A stretch of DNA of 64,000 nt. Source: Selaginella moellendorffii (Eukaryota; Plantae; Lycopodiophyta). Positions 36,641 through 50,630 of this stretch are shown one piece after another. Position 1 is the stretch's first letter; every line of letters begins with the position of its first letter. Position numbers and translations under genes: made by a program. The notes beneath the pieces were generated by a model that searched no databases, had not been told where the DNA came from, and worked only from the letters and a program-made list of their open reading frames with translations. The DNA lies in the NCBI RefSeq assembly GCF_000143415.4, contig NW_003314268.1, positions 537,120 through 601,119 on the forward strand, read 5' to 3'.

Positions 36641-36929
36641 AGTCAAGATTATGACTTTGACACTCAAGATTACAATCTTGACAATCAGGATTCAAGAAGA
36701 AGTGGTAGTTGCCACTATGTAGAAGTAGTTAAGAGTGAGAGTTAACACTTGATCTTTATCCCTTATCTCTATTGTACTCTTGCCTATCACCAATGCACAT
36801 CCATTTACTCAAGATTTAGAGTATTTTAGTGATGTCAAGTCTATCTTTACTTATGACCTCTTGCATAAGCCTTCTTGGGAATTGAAGTTCTCAGATTAGT
36901 TTCTAATTAACTTGTGTGTTTCAATAGTT

Positions 36930-39900
36930 TTTTTTAGAGAAAGAAATACAGTATTAACACAAAAACAATTACATCAAAAGCCCTCTAGTTTTTCTGCAAT
37001 CATAGCAGTAAACCATCGCAACTAGTTCTTCACCAAACTCTCTCTCACATCTACAGCAAAATCATAGCAACCTGACTTCACTAGAATCTTTTAGTTTTCA
37101 ATGCCACACCCCATCAATAAAGATTTGCGATACTTAACACTACTAACTTTGTTCACAATATAGACAAGCTCATGCCACTCTCTATCCAACCAAAAAAACT
37201 AATCTAATACCAAGCTACTCAAGGAGTAATAACAAGGTTCCCCAAAAAAGAATTAAGCATTATAACCCAAGTCTTCAATAACAAACTTAAACAAAAATTG
37301 TTTAGCACTTCACTACTATCCATCCCATGACTCACCATTTATAAAACTATCATATTTAATATGCATCAAATCAAGGACTCTTGATTGCATGATGTGAATA
37401 TAAATAATGAGTTCACACCTTGTTGCAAATTATCTCTCTAAAAAAAATTTGATTTACATGTTTGATCCTTCGTTTCTGACAACTCTCTTTTCGGACTTAA
37501 TTTGATTAAACCTCAAGCTTGCATTAGCATTGCCTTCAATCCAGTCTAAAAAAAGTTTATGAGAGAGCACATAATGACTACTTAAACCAATCTCTATAGT
37601 CTTAATTGATCCACTTATAATTATGCATAGGAAGGATTCATTAGTGACGTATTAAATAGCTATGGATTAGCCTATTCACCACTTATAGCAAATCTAAGGA
37701 AGGTTTACTTTTACCCATAATACATGGAACAACTCATGGAACCACTGATTAGCCAACATTAATCTTGCCAACTAAAGTGTAACTTTAAGTTGCTAATGTA
37801 CCTCACTCACAAGCCCAAGTGCAAACTCGTACAAATGGAACATTTCATATACATCTTATGAGCCCAAGCGCAAGTTTATACAATCTAGTATGAAAAAGTA
37901 ACTAAAATGTAAGTGATTAAATTTTCTATTTTACTTTAGTCACCTAACCACACCTTCGACCACTTGGAGGAGTTTCACTCACAACTTCCATAAGTCTTAT
38001 TTCGGACTTAAGGACTTGCTAGCCCTGTAAATGACATCTATGCCACTTATCCTTTGCACTTGGTCCAAGTGCTCCACGTGTCCGATCCCATGACTGACAC
38101 CCAAATCAGCCCATTACGCTAAGGCCATGCTCATTCACTTTTGTCACCCTAGTGGTCCAAGACCACCTGTATCACAGACCCGTCTCTCAAAGACTAAGTA
38201 ATTTGTCAATGAGTGGTCATCCCATAACCACATCTTAGCATCTTTAAAATGTTAGAAAATATGGGGAACACCCTTCCCCAATATCCCTTCTTCAAATCCC
38301 ACTAAGTCTCCATCCACAGCCATGCTTACCAACACTACCACTCAATCAAGGTTTAAAGGCCAAACCACTAAGTCCCACCGACCTCTGGGACTCCCTCACC
38401 ATGACCATATCCTTAGTCACTACATAAAAGGGTTATTCTTCTTCCTTTCCACAATCTGGGACTTTAGGATGACATTGTCACAAATGTGACTTTGGGTAGT
38501 GAAAGTTACTTGTTGGCTAGTCCTTTTGGATATTCTTTCCTTACTACTACGATGACAGGAGGTTGGTATTGCTAGACCCTTTATTAGTCTTTGCCTAAGC
38601 TAGTTGAGAAATTGATCATCACATGTGCACTTAGACCGGAAGGGCACATATGATGACCAGTTTCTCAATTTTCCCGGGAGATCGACCATTCAATCTCCTG
38701 GGGGAGCTAGAGCCAGCTTTTGAACACTTTACCAAGCTACCCCACTTGTCTGTCCGTATTCACTTTAGCCTTGGACTCCTCAGTGGATATATCATCACCT
38801 AGCACGTGAGTATAACTTTCCTTGGTCATACTAGCCTTTCCTAGCCAAACTAGCTCCACCAGAGTCTTCCCCCTACTATACTTTTGGAGCTCACCACACC
38901 CCCTAGGGTCTAGGAGATGAATGCTTTGACCTTTTACCCTCGGACTTGGACTCAGACTCGGACTCAAACTCGGTCTCAGACTCAGACTCAGTCTCGGACT
39001 TGGTCTTGGTCTTGGTCTCAGTCTCGATCTTGGACTCCATCTTAGGTCTCTCTCAAACTCTACCTCGGAGTCCGTCTCGAATCCATCTCAGACTCCACCT
39101 CAGACTCCATCTCAGGTCCATCTCAGACTCCATCTTAAACTGCATCTTGGGTCCATCTCAAACTCCATCTCAGACTCCATCTCAAACTCCATCTCGGACT
39201 CCATCTCGGACTCCATCTCAAACTCCATCTCGGGTCCATAATGACTCCATCTTGGGTCCATATTGTACTCTATCTCAGACTCCATGTCAGACTCCTTCTT
39301 GGACTTCTTTTCGGACTTGTTCTTGACACTTTTATGTGTTATGACACTTGCCATATATCAGTCCTTCTTGTGTCCTTCTTTTAGAGACTCATTCACCAAT
39401 TGCTTCGAGCTCATCTCTCGAGCACTTTGTTTGGAGTTCCACTTCTACTCTTGACTTTCCAAGTTGGAGTTTTTAGTCCAAATATGTTACATTTGTTGGA
39501 CTTCCACTTTGGCCACTAACATATGGCACCATTTCCTACTCCACTTTGGGGCTTAGGGATTTGTGTCTCACATAAAATCCATACTCAAGGAACGAATGCA
39601 AAGTCATAACACCCAAACGTGTACCCACTTGGGTCATCGTTTTCATCTTTATATATGCAATAAGACTAGTTGCCCAATCACATTAGATAGTACTTGCTGA
39701 AACTCATCCTCTGATACCAAATATAGCATACGTGGTTTTCACCCTTTATCCTCTAGTGATTTACTATAAGATAACCATGAAGTGGAACCTAAACCCTCAA
39801 TATACCACATGTTACATGCCACGTGTCCAAGGACAGTGGAGCGAAACTTAAATTTTAGGGCCTTAAGCCACTAAATGAAAGAATGGAGCCAAATTCCCAA

Positions 39901-40260
39901 GCTTGCAACCAAGGAGCAAAGGAACTAAAGCACGGAGTAAGTCCTGAGTGTTCAACCCAAGAGCAAAGGGACAATAGCACAGAGTGACATTGAAATAGTC
40001 CTAAAGTATCTAACATCCCAATGCTAGAACTAGCATGCAAAATAGAGCCAAACAGAGTTTGGCACTATTTCAACATATTGGTGGCCTAACACAAGGATAT
40101 CACTAATTAGCATGGTATGGAACTTAGGCTTAAACCCAAACCGGATGCAAAACAAGGATAGATACGGAAGCGAGAGCTATACTATATTATAAATTGGTTA
40201 GCCATTACCTACCCACTAACCCACTATCCCTACTATGCATTTGGAACACCGCCCCCCCCC
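36930..40260 (-). mobile_element. Decayed 5' portion of the Copia-like non-autonomous family
   Basis: Reverse-complement homology to about 13650-15150. PBS ctctgataccaa at 39709-20 and partial LTR 39722-40260. Confidence 0.8.
37908..39572 (-). mobile_element. Gypsy-type solo LTR nested in the Copia-like element
   Basis: TG...CA ends, TSD TAAAA (37903-07 / 39573-77), homologous to 2044-3660. Confidence 0.88.
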
Positions 40261-41963
40261 CCCCCTCCCCCCCCGCTCCACCGTCGATACGTATTCTAAA
40301 CTTTGCCTATGGCCTCAATTGTCTACACCAACATTTGTGCTCTATACAAGTATCAACAGCTGGGACCAACACTTTGGACATTAATTTTAGTACATTTATC
40401 ATACCATACTGGATTGATAAATTTTAGTTTTTGCCCAATATGTTTAAGCTTAACCTATGCAAGTACTAGAATGTGTCAATAGCCTTGGCAGTCTACTTGA
40501 TACTCTAGTCTCTCAATAAGTGATATCTAACAAAACTAACGAGCTTCTTCCAAGTCTTTAATCGATTTGCAGAAGCAAAGCTTGGATCATCTCTAGAATT
40601 TTTAAACTTAATCTCTACAATCTCAACACTTCCATCATTGTCCTCAGAGTTACTAATTTGAGACCTTCCTCCATCTATAGATCTAGATATACCTACTGTG
40701 CTCACACTACCTTGGCTGAATGCTACCTTGGGGCATTGCTCAGTAGCACTAGAAGCTCAATTGGCTGTTGCAAATGCCTGGGCTCTTATAAAAAAATGAG
40801 GCATAATCCCCTTGACAAGCTAAGAAAACCTAAATCTGGCATGGCTAGGAAGATCAGTATATTTCAATATTAAGTGCAGACGTGCCATTGATGTAGGGGT
40901 TGATGTGGTGGCTGCCGTATAGGCTCAACATTGGCCTATATTGTTAATATGTAAAAAGGAGCATCATACATTTTGATTAATGTCAGCTTGAAGATGTCCT
41001 TTGAGGAAATTGCTTTTGACAAATCTATTGCTTGAGCCTATCTATAAGACAGGTCTTTTTGTTCCAAGAACATTAGTGACAACAAAAGTTGTAAAAAAAG
41101 TTGATGATATTCTGTATTTTGTGAAACACCACTGAGAGAACATATAATATCCTTCCAATTTTTTGGGTAAGAAGAATCTTGTAAAAAACACCTATCAGCT
41201 CACTACAAGACAAATATAAAGGCATGGGAGGTACATGTGAACCTTTCACCCTGGGCAAACTATAATTACCATTCGTCTACTCTATGGCTCTTGATTTCTT
41301 CATTGGTGGTGGTAAGCTCTCTTTCCTTTTTGCATTAGATTCTGTTACAATTGTTTTCAGTTTTCAAATGCCTAAAGTGATATTGATTTAGAGGTGACAC
41401 TATTGCAAACAAGTAGAAATTATTGGGGCTCATATTGCATGAAGTATCTCACTGCTACAACTCATAACAATTTTTGGTTGCCTCTAATACTTGTCTAGTT
41501 TGAAAGAAAAGGTGAGATTCCCTTTTCATGTTCTGGTACCTATGACAAGATGCTAGACATGAGCTTCTCAAGTGAAATGGGTGCTCACACTTAGTCAGCT
41601 AATGTGAAGTTTGCTTTTTGTTCTTTCCATGTCATAATTAAGTTTAGTGATTTCAGTGGGACATTAGAAAAGGCTTGACACTTGGAAGAAAAGCTACTAG
41701 CTAGTTTGATGGACTTTATTGCTTTGAACTATAATTTTAAAGGTATGACAATAAGAAAAAAATGTTTCTTTTGGTAACACATAACAGATTCCTTTCTTTG
41801 ATGTCCTCCAATTGGCACCTAACTAAAATCATAGGATTGAATGCAAGTCATCAAAAGAGAAGAGCCTTTAACTTTACCGAACTTGCAAGTCTAGGTCCTA
41901 GGGTCATGTTATTGTTTGAGATATTAAAATAATGCAAAGGCATTATAATATGTAAAGATGACT

Positions 41964-42830
41964 TTAAATATTACATAAAACATGATTATGTGTATTAGAA
42001 TTCCATAAAACTTTATTTGGGTAATTTGCTTCATAAATGACTAAATTACAATCATTCTGAACAGTAAAATATGTTGGTAAAAAGCATTCAAGTTTAGGAT
42101 TGCAATACTTATCTGAAGACCATAATACTTCTTTATTATATCTTAGAACTAAGTTTCCATTATTCTGCAATTTTAAAACACAGTTAAATATATTTTTAAA
42201 AGAATATGGTGTTTCCCAAATCTTCTTATCTTTTGAATATAAAATAAGAATACAATCAATTTTTAAAATTAGTACATTTATACCATTAGGAGAGATTAGA
42301 AAGTTATCACTATAAATAATTTCATTAGAATATAAAATACTAAATTTTATTTGGCAATAAACTGAATTTATAACAAAATCAATTGTGTTTGAAGATGTTG
42401 ATAAAGAATTAGAATCATCTGTTATTAAATTATATTTTAGTATATACTTTGTACCTTCTTTCTCAAAAGAGCCTGCACAGTTATAGTTTATATCATCAAT
42501 ATAAAAAGCTAATAAATTTCGAAAACCTTGTATTATTTTTTCACCTTTAATAGTTACACCTGTATTTTCAACGGAACAATGGTCTTTACATTGAATAAAT
42601 ACTGAAACAATTCCTTTTGAAGTACTAACTTCAGTGCCATCTCCATAAGTTGCTGAATATATATCATTAATTTTAATTTTATCTAATAACTTATAAAAAG
42701 CTGTAATAATCTCACCAATATCATATATATTTAGATATCCTACTCTTCCAATTTTAGGTTTCCTTGGAGAAACAATTGTATTAAACTGTAAAACTAATAT
42801 AGTTATGATAAGTATATTTTTTATTAACAT
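41964..42830 (-). CDS. Secreted protein with C-terminal bulb-type (GNA/B-lectin) mannose-binding domain, 288 aa
   Basis: Hydrophobic N-terminal signal (MLIKNILIITILVLQFNTIVS). Lectin repeats LKLQNNGNLVLRY...LWSS and TVQNDCNLVIY...LWNSNT match QxDxNxVxY. Intronless, with a TATA-like TATATATAA about 125 bp upstream. Confidence 0.8.
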   Translation of the reverse strand: MLIKNILIITILVLQFNTIVSPRKPKIGRVGYLNIYDIGEIITAFYKLLDKIKINDIYSATYGDGTEVSTSKGIVSVFIQCKDHCSVENTGVTIKGEKIIQGFRNLLAFYIDDINYNCAGSFEKEGTKYILKYNLITDDSNSLSTSSNTIDFVINSVYCQIKFSILYSNEIIYSDNFLISPNGINVLILKIDCILILYSKDKKIWETPYSFKNIFNCVLKLQNNGNLVLRYNKEVLWSSDKYCNPKLECFLPTYFTVQNDCNLVIYEANYPNKVLWNSNTHNHVLCNI

Positions 42831-43157
42831 AATTCTTGGAAAGTATAAGGAACAATTAAAAAATTTTATATTTGTAATTCATTTAATATTACATATATTA
42901 TGATAGCATAGAATACTAAAATGGGCATATCGTTCTAGACAAAAATCCTGGGTTATATATAAAAGCTAAATTGAATCCTATTCAACCATTATCGAAACCT
43001 TATATCTCCTTTTCTTAAAATAATAAAAAAGAATGAAATATATCAAAATCTAAAATAAAGGTCATTTAATTTCTCATAAAGCATGAATACCATGAACTTT
43101 TAAAGTGTTATTATGGTCTAAGTTATAGTGTATATCAACAAGAATGTCAATCTTTTT

Positions 43158-43700
43158 AAAAGGGGAGTATGTTGTGGGTATTGAAAGTTACTTATTAATT
43201 TATCCTTTTAGATATTTTGTTTTCTGTCAAATTAGTAGTGGATTGGTACTTCTTGAGTCCCTCTTTTCAAGTGTTAATAATCGAGGTTTAACTTAAAATA
43301 TTATCAATAAATATAAGATAAGAATTTATATAAATATTTAACTGAGTAAATCACTTTTGCTATGTTATGGGCTTTGTAGAAACCCTTATGTTAGTAACTC
43401 CATTTTTCAAATGATAGCCTATTATTTTTCATGGCATTTTCACTATCATGTCTTGAATTCCTACTTTTATTTGTCCCATTTATTATTATAAAAAGAATTC
43501 AGATCTAATTTAGAGAGTAGAGAGTGTCTTAAAGACTATATTGTTATTCTTGTGTCTCAAATCATATTTGGCACACTTTCTGTTTAATGATTTTAGGAGA
43601 TAGCTATAAAGGATAAGTTCAAACAAAGTTTTTATAGGGTTGGAATATAATGCTTCAAATATTTTGTCGTAAGTTTATTCGGCTTTCCCCTATAAATTTA
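43158..43700 (+). mobile_element. PPT plus highly diverged LTR related to the Copia-like LTR
   Basis: AAAAGGGGAG followed by TGTTGTGGGTATTGAAAGTTAC (compare GGGTATCGAAAGTTAC at the 13067 LTR start), with further patchy colinear similarity (ATGATAGC..., CTATCATG..., GTAGAGA...). Confidence 0.55.
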
Positions 43701-43869
43701 CTATATACCACTATTAATGTAATAAATATATTATAAAATAATATTTTGTTATTCCAAAAATTAAGCTCTATCCAATGCAAACTTGCTCAATGGTGGACAT
43801 TATTCAATTATTCCATATGGAGCAATGATCGTCTTTTGATTACACTTGAGATGTAATTAAAGAAAACAC

Positions 43870-44640
43870 TTATATACATATAGAGATGTATAAACACTTG
43901 GATAGGGAGGATTTGCAAGAGGTATTGGCATTTAGGGAGATGTTTATATTTAGGCTTATAGATAATATTAAGAATAAGTTACCATCTTTGTGTGGATGAT
44001 AAACATTTGTGAAAGTGTGATGTATCCCTAGCCAAGATGTCAAGATGTGAAATGCCTTAGCTATAAATATAAGACCATTATCTAAGATAATTTGTTTTAA
44101 ACAAGAATGTTGAAACACCACTTGAAAGTATCTAATAACAATTATACTAGCAAGATCACCAACTTCCATCCAACAAGTAAAGTAATTGGAGGCAATAATG
44201 ATATACTCATTATCAATAGTTGACCATAGAAAAGGCCCTAGTATATCAAATGCCACCAACTCAAAAATGGATAGAAAATTACAATTAACTTCAATTATCT
44301 TTCCACAACACGAGAGTTAATATTACGAATTTGGCATCAAATAAAGTTATGCACATACCAGACAACATCTCATTACATTTCCAGCTAATAGAAAAACTTA
44401 CATAATTTCTTAGTCAAATGACAATATCTTATATGTCTACCTAGAATAGGAAAGTGATGGTCGTATGGAGAAAGTGTGAAATAAAGGTTGAAGCCACCAC
44501 TAGCCATAAATGATGATTAGTACTAGTGCTTATAAAATAAAGAAAGTCGTTCTTAAGGTGATATTGAAAGTGTAAATATTGAAATGGTAAATCATCAACA
44601 GGTGATACAAGATTCTCAAACTCATTATAAAACTTTTAAA
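43870..44640 (-). pseudogene. Decayed retroviral-type integrase (rve) fragment
   Basis: VAFDILGPF...YIIIASNYFTCWME...IILDNG..F...LGIHHTFTNVYHPHKDG, with a remnant HHCC region upstream. Confidence 0.8.
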
Positions 44641-45586
44641 TCCATGACTCAACCTCATCCTCGTCTCGGATGTTCATCTTTAGGGCTCTAGTCAATGTAA
44701 AACTTATTAAAACCCTAGGGTGATGGAGTGGAGGAGGCTATGCATCAAAGATGTGGATGGATTGGAGGTGTTGTCTGCTCGCGTGCCCCCGATGGAAAGC
44801 CCATAGGCAACATACTTCAATCGCTCAAGAGGTTAGGGTATAAGGGAACTCTTGAGTCAGCGGATTTGAGCTTTATGAACCTCGTTAGGAGAAGGTAAAT
44901 CCTTCTCTATACCTTATGGATATTAAATATCAAGTACAACAACCATCAACAACATAGAATCCTTACCCAAAAAAATCTATTGATGTTGGAACAATAAATT
45001 TGTTAAGAACATGAGAAAAGAGTGAAAAAAAAAAAGAGGAGATCGAGAATGGGTATTACCATCAACTATAAAACTAAATCCCTATATAATGAACAACTTT
45101 GAAATTATGTATTTAAATCTTTAGAGCCTACCGAACAATACAACTACCTAAGTTCTTTTACTTTAATAATGAATTAATCATACCTTCTAGTAATATTCAA
45201 AAATCATATAACTATGCATGAAGCTTTTTGAAACCTTAAATTATTACTAGACATTCCTTTTCTATTGTAGACTAGTTGATCTTTATTGGTTGTAATATAT
45301 GCAATAACATGATATTGACTAAGCACACTTTTGTTTTTTTGCATCAACACACCCTCAAAATAGATATCAGGAGCATTCATGTTAAAAATGAAAAATCAAG
45401 TGTAATTAAGATATATTAAAACTAAAGGAGTTATCAATAGCTTTTTGAGATCTATAAATGCTCACTTACAATCCTTGACTAGATGAAAGACAATGTTAAC
45501 AACTTTATTCATAATGGTGAAGTGTTGCAAAGAACCTCATCCATCATTTATTAGAAAGTTTTCAAAGCATTATTCAAATTAAACAG

Positions 45587-47078
45587 TGTAAGATACAAAT
45601 CCCTAAGCCCCAAAGTGAAGCTAAAAGGGTGCTACATAGTAGTAGTCAAAGTGAAAATCCAACAAGCGTAACATATTTGGACTAAAAGCTTCGACTCCAA
45701 AAGTTGAGAATAGGAGTGGAACTCTGAACAAAGGGCTCGAAGAATGAGCACGAAATAATTAGTGAATAAGTCTTTAAAAGGGGATATAAGAAAGGCTGAC
45801 ACATGACAAGTGTCATCACACATGGAAGTGTCAAGACGGAGTCCAAGAAGGAGTTTGAGATGGAATTCAAGAAGGAGTTTAAGGAAGAATTTGAGAAGGA
45901 GTTCAAGATGCAGTTTAAGATGGAGTTCGAGAAGGAGTCTTAAATAGAGTTCAAAAAAGAATCTGAAATAGAGTCCAAGAAAGAATCAGAGATGGAGTCC
46001 AAAAAGGAGTTTGAGAAGGAATACGAGATGGAGTCTAAGGAGTCTGAGAAGGAGACCGAGATGGAGATTGAGACTGAATCCAAGTCTGAGTGTGAGTGCG
46101 AGGGTGAAAGCCCAAAGTGATCATCTCTTAAACCCTAGGGGGTTTGATGATTTCCAAAAAGATAGTAAGGGGAGGACTCTAATAGAACTAATTTGGTTAG
46201 GGAAGGCTAGTGTGACTAAAAAGGGCTATACTTATGTAGTGGGTGATGATATAACCACTAAGGAGTCCAAGGCTAAAGTGAACATAGATGGACAAGTGAG
46301 GTAACTTAATGAAGTGTTGAAGACCAAGCTTTAGCTTCCCTGAGAGATCAAATGGTTAATACTCCCAATCCAAGTGTGGGTGGTATTACCTACTTGGATA
46401 CCTGGGGTGGCTCATCAAAACCTTGCTCTAGATGGCTAAGGGCAGAAGATGTGTAGAGTACTATGAGGCTCACGTAGGGCCATAGTGTTTCGAAATATTA
46501 TCCTAAAGTCTTAGATTGTAAAAAGAAAGAGAAGCAATCCTCTTACATAGTGACTAAATGCATGGTCATATGGTGAGAAAGTCCTAGAGGTCAATAGGAC
46601 TTAGTGATCATACTTTCAAGCCTTAACTCAATAGCGGTGTTGATAAGCACTACTATCAAGGAGTGGGACTTAGTGGGGACCAAAGAAGGGGCATTAGGGA
46701 AGGGTGTTCTTTATGTCTCCGAACATCCTAAAGATGCTAAGGGGTGGTCAAGGAGTGACCACTTAACGAATGGCCTAGTCTATGGGAAACAGATTTATGG
46801 TATAAGTGGTCTTGGATTACTAATGAGATAAAAGTGAATGGACGTGGCTTTAATGTAATAGATTGATATATCAATGGTACCTTTGGGTGTCTATGTTGGG
46901 TTTGGACACATGGAACACTTGAACCAAGTGCAAAAGTAGAGTGGTATATTGCCATTTATAGAGCTATCAAATCCCTAAATTGGGAATAAAACTTATAAAG
47001 GTTATGAGTGAGATTCTTTCAAATGGTTAAAAGTGTGGTTAAATGATTACAGTATAATGAAAAATTTAATCCCTTAGA
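45587..47078 (+). mobile_element. Older Gypsy-type solo LTR
   Basis: Reverse-complement homologue of 2044-3660 over its whole length. No TSD recognisable. Confidence 0.8.
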
Positions 47079-47957
47079 GTGTGGACCACTCTTGAGTTCA
47101 TGAACTGAAAAGTTGAGCTTACGAGTTAAGCTCAATTTTCAATTGTGGTTTAATACAAATATTATAAATTTTAAAAAATAAGGTTATAGAAAAGCTAACT
47201 TAATAGTATATTTTCATAACTCTCTACATTTCATATGGATAAAACTATTTTAGTGGAGGCTTCTTGTCCAAGAATTTAAATATTTACTATATGTTATTAT
47301 AGGTAAGTTTGTCAAACATAAAATAAAATGGTTCTAATATTGGTAGCTTCAAATCTTGAAATTTTTCTTCTCAAAGTAGTAATTTAAAGATTAGGAGCTG
47401 CAATATTCATCCCATTGCACAACACATCTAAACCATATGAAAGACAAAAAAAGAGGATAATGAGAATAATGATTATATATTGGAGATAAACACAATAATA
47501 AAGGGTGCAATAATTTAGGTAAAAAAGAATTCCCTCCTATTTGTTTTAAAAAATTGCAATTTCATGACTTTCAAGAAATGCCCTATATTTTTTCTAGCTT
47601 TTGGTGAAAATAGTGGCAACAATGAGTACAATAGCATATACACTCTTGCAACATATTGCAATATCATAGCCTCAAACTACTATGAAATATGTTTTAAGAT
47701 GGTAAAGACAGAAACAAAGACACACTAATATTACAGATAGTATTGTAAAAAGAAAATTGTAAGTATATTAAATGAAATATGTTTTATTATTAATTATATA
47801 AAGTATAAAATGTATATATTACCGATAGAGAATAAATATCAATAGTCTTGAAGAATATTATTAGCTCCAAAAGTCTTACAATTTAGCAGTAGTAAGGCTT
47901 GCTTGATATATATGAATATCTATTTTAGGATCTTAGTGTAAAGTGTTGATGAAAATG

Positions 47958-47958
<1 letters not shown>

Positions 47959-48006
<48 letters not shown>

Positions 48007-48020
48007 TAGATAGATAGATA
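47959..48020. repeat. (TA)n(GATA)n microsatellite
   Basis: Directly visible. Confidence 0.95.
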
Positions 48021-48179
48021 TGCCTTTCTATGTTTCTTGCACTTAGTAAAGTTTGGATATGTGCAAGAAGGAAGTATTGAATAACAATTATGTATTCTCT
48101 ATTTTCAAGTTTGACAATGTGCAATATCTTGAAACAAAGTGGTACTCAATATCAAGCCTGTGAGAGCTTTTTGCTCTAA

Positions 48180-49330
48180 GATTTATACCAATATTTTCAC
48201 CAATAAAGAAAAACTACACTTTGAGTGAACAATTTTCATACCACTAATAGAAGTTTGGGAATTGTACTCCATAGATGTGCAACGAACCACTTTCTCAACT
48301 ACAGTTGCCACTTCTTGAGCTGGTGGAATCACCTTCCTCTTTATCCTATTGTGTAACATCTCAACAAAAGGCCCTATTTCTAGTATCTTTTTTCTTCGAA
48401 TGCTAATGCTTTTGAAGACTGTATATATCAAATCTAATAAACATATTTTATACAAACTTATCTTCCTTTTCCCTGCATCTGAAGAATGCTAGCTCTAGTG
48501 CTTACTCTTGGAGAGATTCACAAATTGGGGTGTATGCAAAATACTCAAGTGGTTGGTTCTAATGAAAAAGGCAACAAAAATAAAGAAGAAATAAAAAACC
48601 TCACCTCTTCCAACCACTCTATTCCAAGAAAGGAAGAAGTAAATGGTCTTGTAAATGACATAGTATAAAGGAGAATTCTTGCAAAACCAACACTTGAATC
48701 CAATAATAATGGTGTTATGGGCAAAAGGATTAATTGTAAACCCTTTAAAAAATATAGAATTTTTATAGTCATTTTGATTATATACTTCATCCATGCAATA
48801 CAAATGCCTACCATAGTGAACTATAAATATTGTTCTTTTAAAATGCTGGAAGTGTGAGGTCTTGATCTTGCACTAGTTTAAACATTCTACTTGGTCTCCA
48901 TCTCTTTTCGTTTGGAACTAATGCTATTGATAAAAGCTAGTACATCAAAGAAGATATTGTTATTGTAGTAGGATGGAAACTCACTCATGGGTCTATACAG
49001 AAATAAGTGTATGTTGACTAAGAAGTGGGAAAAGTAGAAAGCATTACTAATAACTTTGAATATTACTGAAGATGGAGCTAGTGAATTTGGGGTTGACATT
49101 GGTATAACTTTTCCACTTGAATTGGACAAAGAGGAGAGGATAATGATTAACACTTTCTTCACATTCACTTTGGATGAAACACTTTGATTGGAGATCCAAA
49201 AACTTGAATCTCCTTGGACTTTGAATTCTGCAAATTTTATTGTTATCCACCCTTGCCCACACTAGAAAGAAGAAACACCAAGTAACAACTATACTGGTGT
49301 TGTTGTGGATCACAACGTCCAAAAAAATAA
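48180..49330 (-). pseudogene. Possible decayed hAT-like transposase
   Basis: Overlapping short minus-strand ORFs with faint hAT-like motifs (YCMDEVYN resembles HCxAHxxN; EYFAYTP). Heavily frameshifted. Confidence 0.3.
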
Positions 49331-49779
49331 AGCTAAGATGAAGATCAAAATAGTGACATAAAAATCTTTCAGAAACATGGCTTTGAGAATAAAACTAGTG
49401 GGTGATCTCAAAAATGTAGAAGAAACCTTTTCATTCTTCTTTATAGGATTTAGAGTTTTCTATCTCTCTTATGCTACTTATAAAAATCTATAGTGAAACA
49501 TAAATTGAGATTTAAGGAGAGCAATAAGAAGAATAACAACAACATATAAATGAATTTAAATACTACAGCATATCTAATATGTGTAAGTGTGATAGTATTA
49601 TCATGTGTTCTACTGTCTATTGCATATACACAAATCCAAGAAAAGGTTTTCAACACATGAAGTTTGATTATTAATGATGATGTTAGTGGAAATTAAAAGT
49701 GACTCAATAGGATCCGTTGACATCAAAAACAATGCCACTAAGAGTAAGTCATTTTTTTCCTCCTTCTCCCCCTTGTAGT

Positions 49780-50630
49780 ACCGATCACTCAACAATGCCT
49801 CCTCACATGCTGCCACGCCACCACCTCCATGCTCGCTGTGTGAACTTGCTGTGCACCACATTGGTCAAGCCGAGAGCCTCGGCACATAATGCAGGCCGTG
49901 CTAGCTGGGACTGTGTGCAAGCCAAAACGGGCAGGACTGTAGTGTGGGCCAGGTCAGGCACTGTTCTGGCTGGGCCAAGCACCACACGAGCCAGCCCATC
50001 TCACCCGCCACTGCTCAAACTTGGCATGCCATTGTACTGGCAAGCTTGCACTAAGCTGGGCATGGGCTACGCTGGGATGGCACACCATACAGGGCATATG
50101 GGCTGCAATGGTGCACTGGGAGGGGTGGGCAAGGTGCCACACCCATTGGCACCCATGCCTGGTCCCGCATGGTGCTGGGTGCCAACTAGGCCAAGATAGT
50201 GTGCCACACAGGGCTGGGACAGTGTGCCACATGGGGCATGTGGGCTGCAATGTCTCATTGCATGGGCCATCCAGCAGCTGCCCATATCTGGTACACTAGT
50301 GAACTGGTAGATGTGGGCTGGGAGCTCAACTGGGCCTAATATGCTAGCAAACCAATGAATGCAGCTAAGTTGGCCTTGGGTGTCAAGTCAGCCTAGGCTG
50401 GGCTTGCCTGAGTGCCCCGCTGGAGTGGTGGGCCTAGCTACTGCCTCCCACAGCTGGCACACTAGTATACTAGTGGATGACCATTATGCAAGCGGGCATG
50501 GGAGCCACAAGAGGTGGGTTGGGCATGTTGTCTGGGCTTGCCCAAGTGGTCCTCCTGGTCAATATTCTGGTGTATTGGTGGATGCTGGCGAGGCTGGGCA
50601 CTCTATAGGGTGGACTTTGCTGCTTGCATT
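49780..50630. repeat. GC-rich island of short TGGGC/GGCAC/GCCCA repeats, probably a DNA-transposon subterminal region
   Basis: Sharp GC rise against AT-rich flanks, with internal duplication GGGCAT(A/G)TGGGCTGCAATG at about 50091 and 50234. Confidence 0.45.

Noticed and set aside
40280-41900. Possible retroelement/LINE remnant (zinc-knuckle-like trace near 41800)
   Set aside because: Too decayed to support a call.
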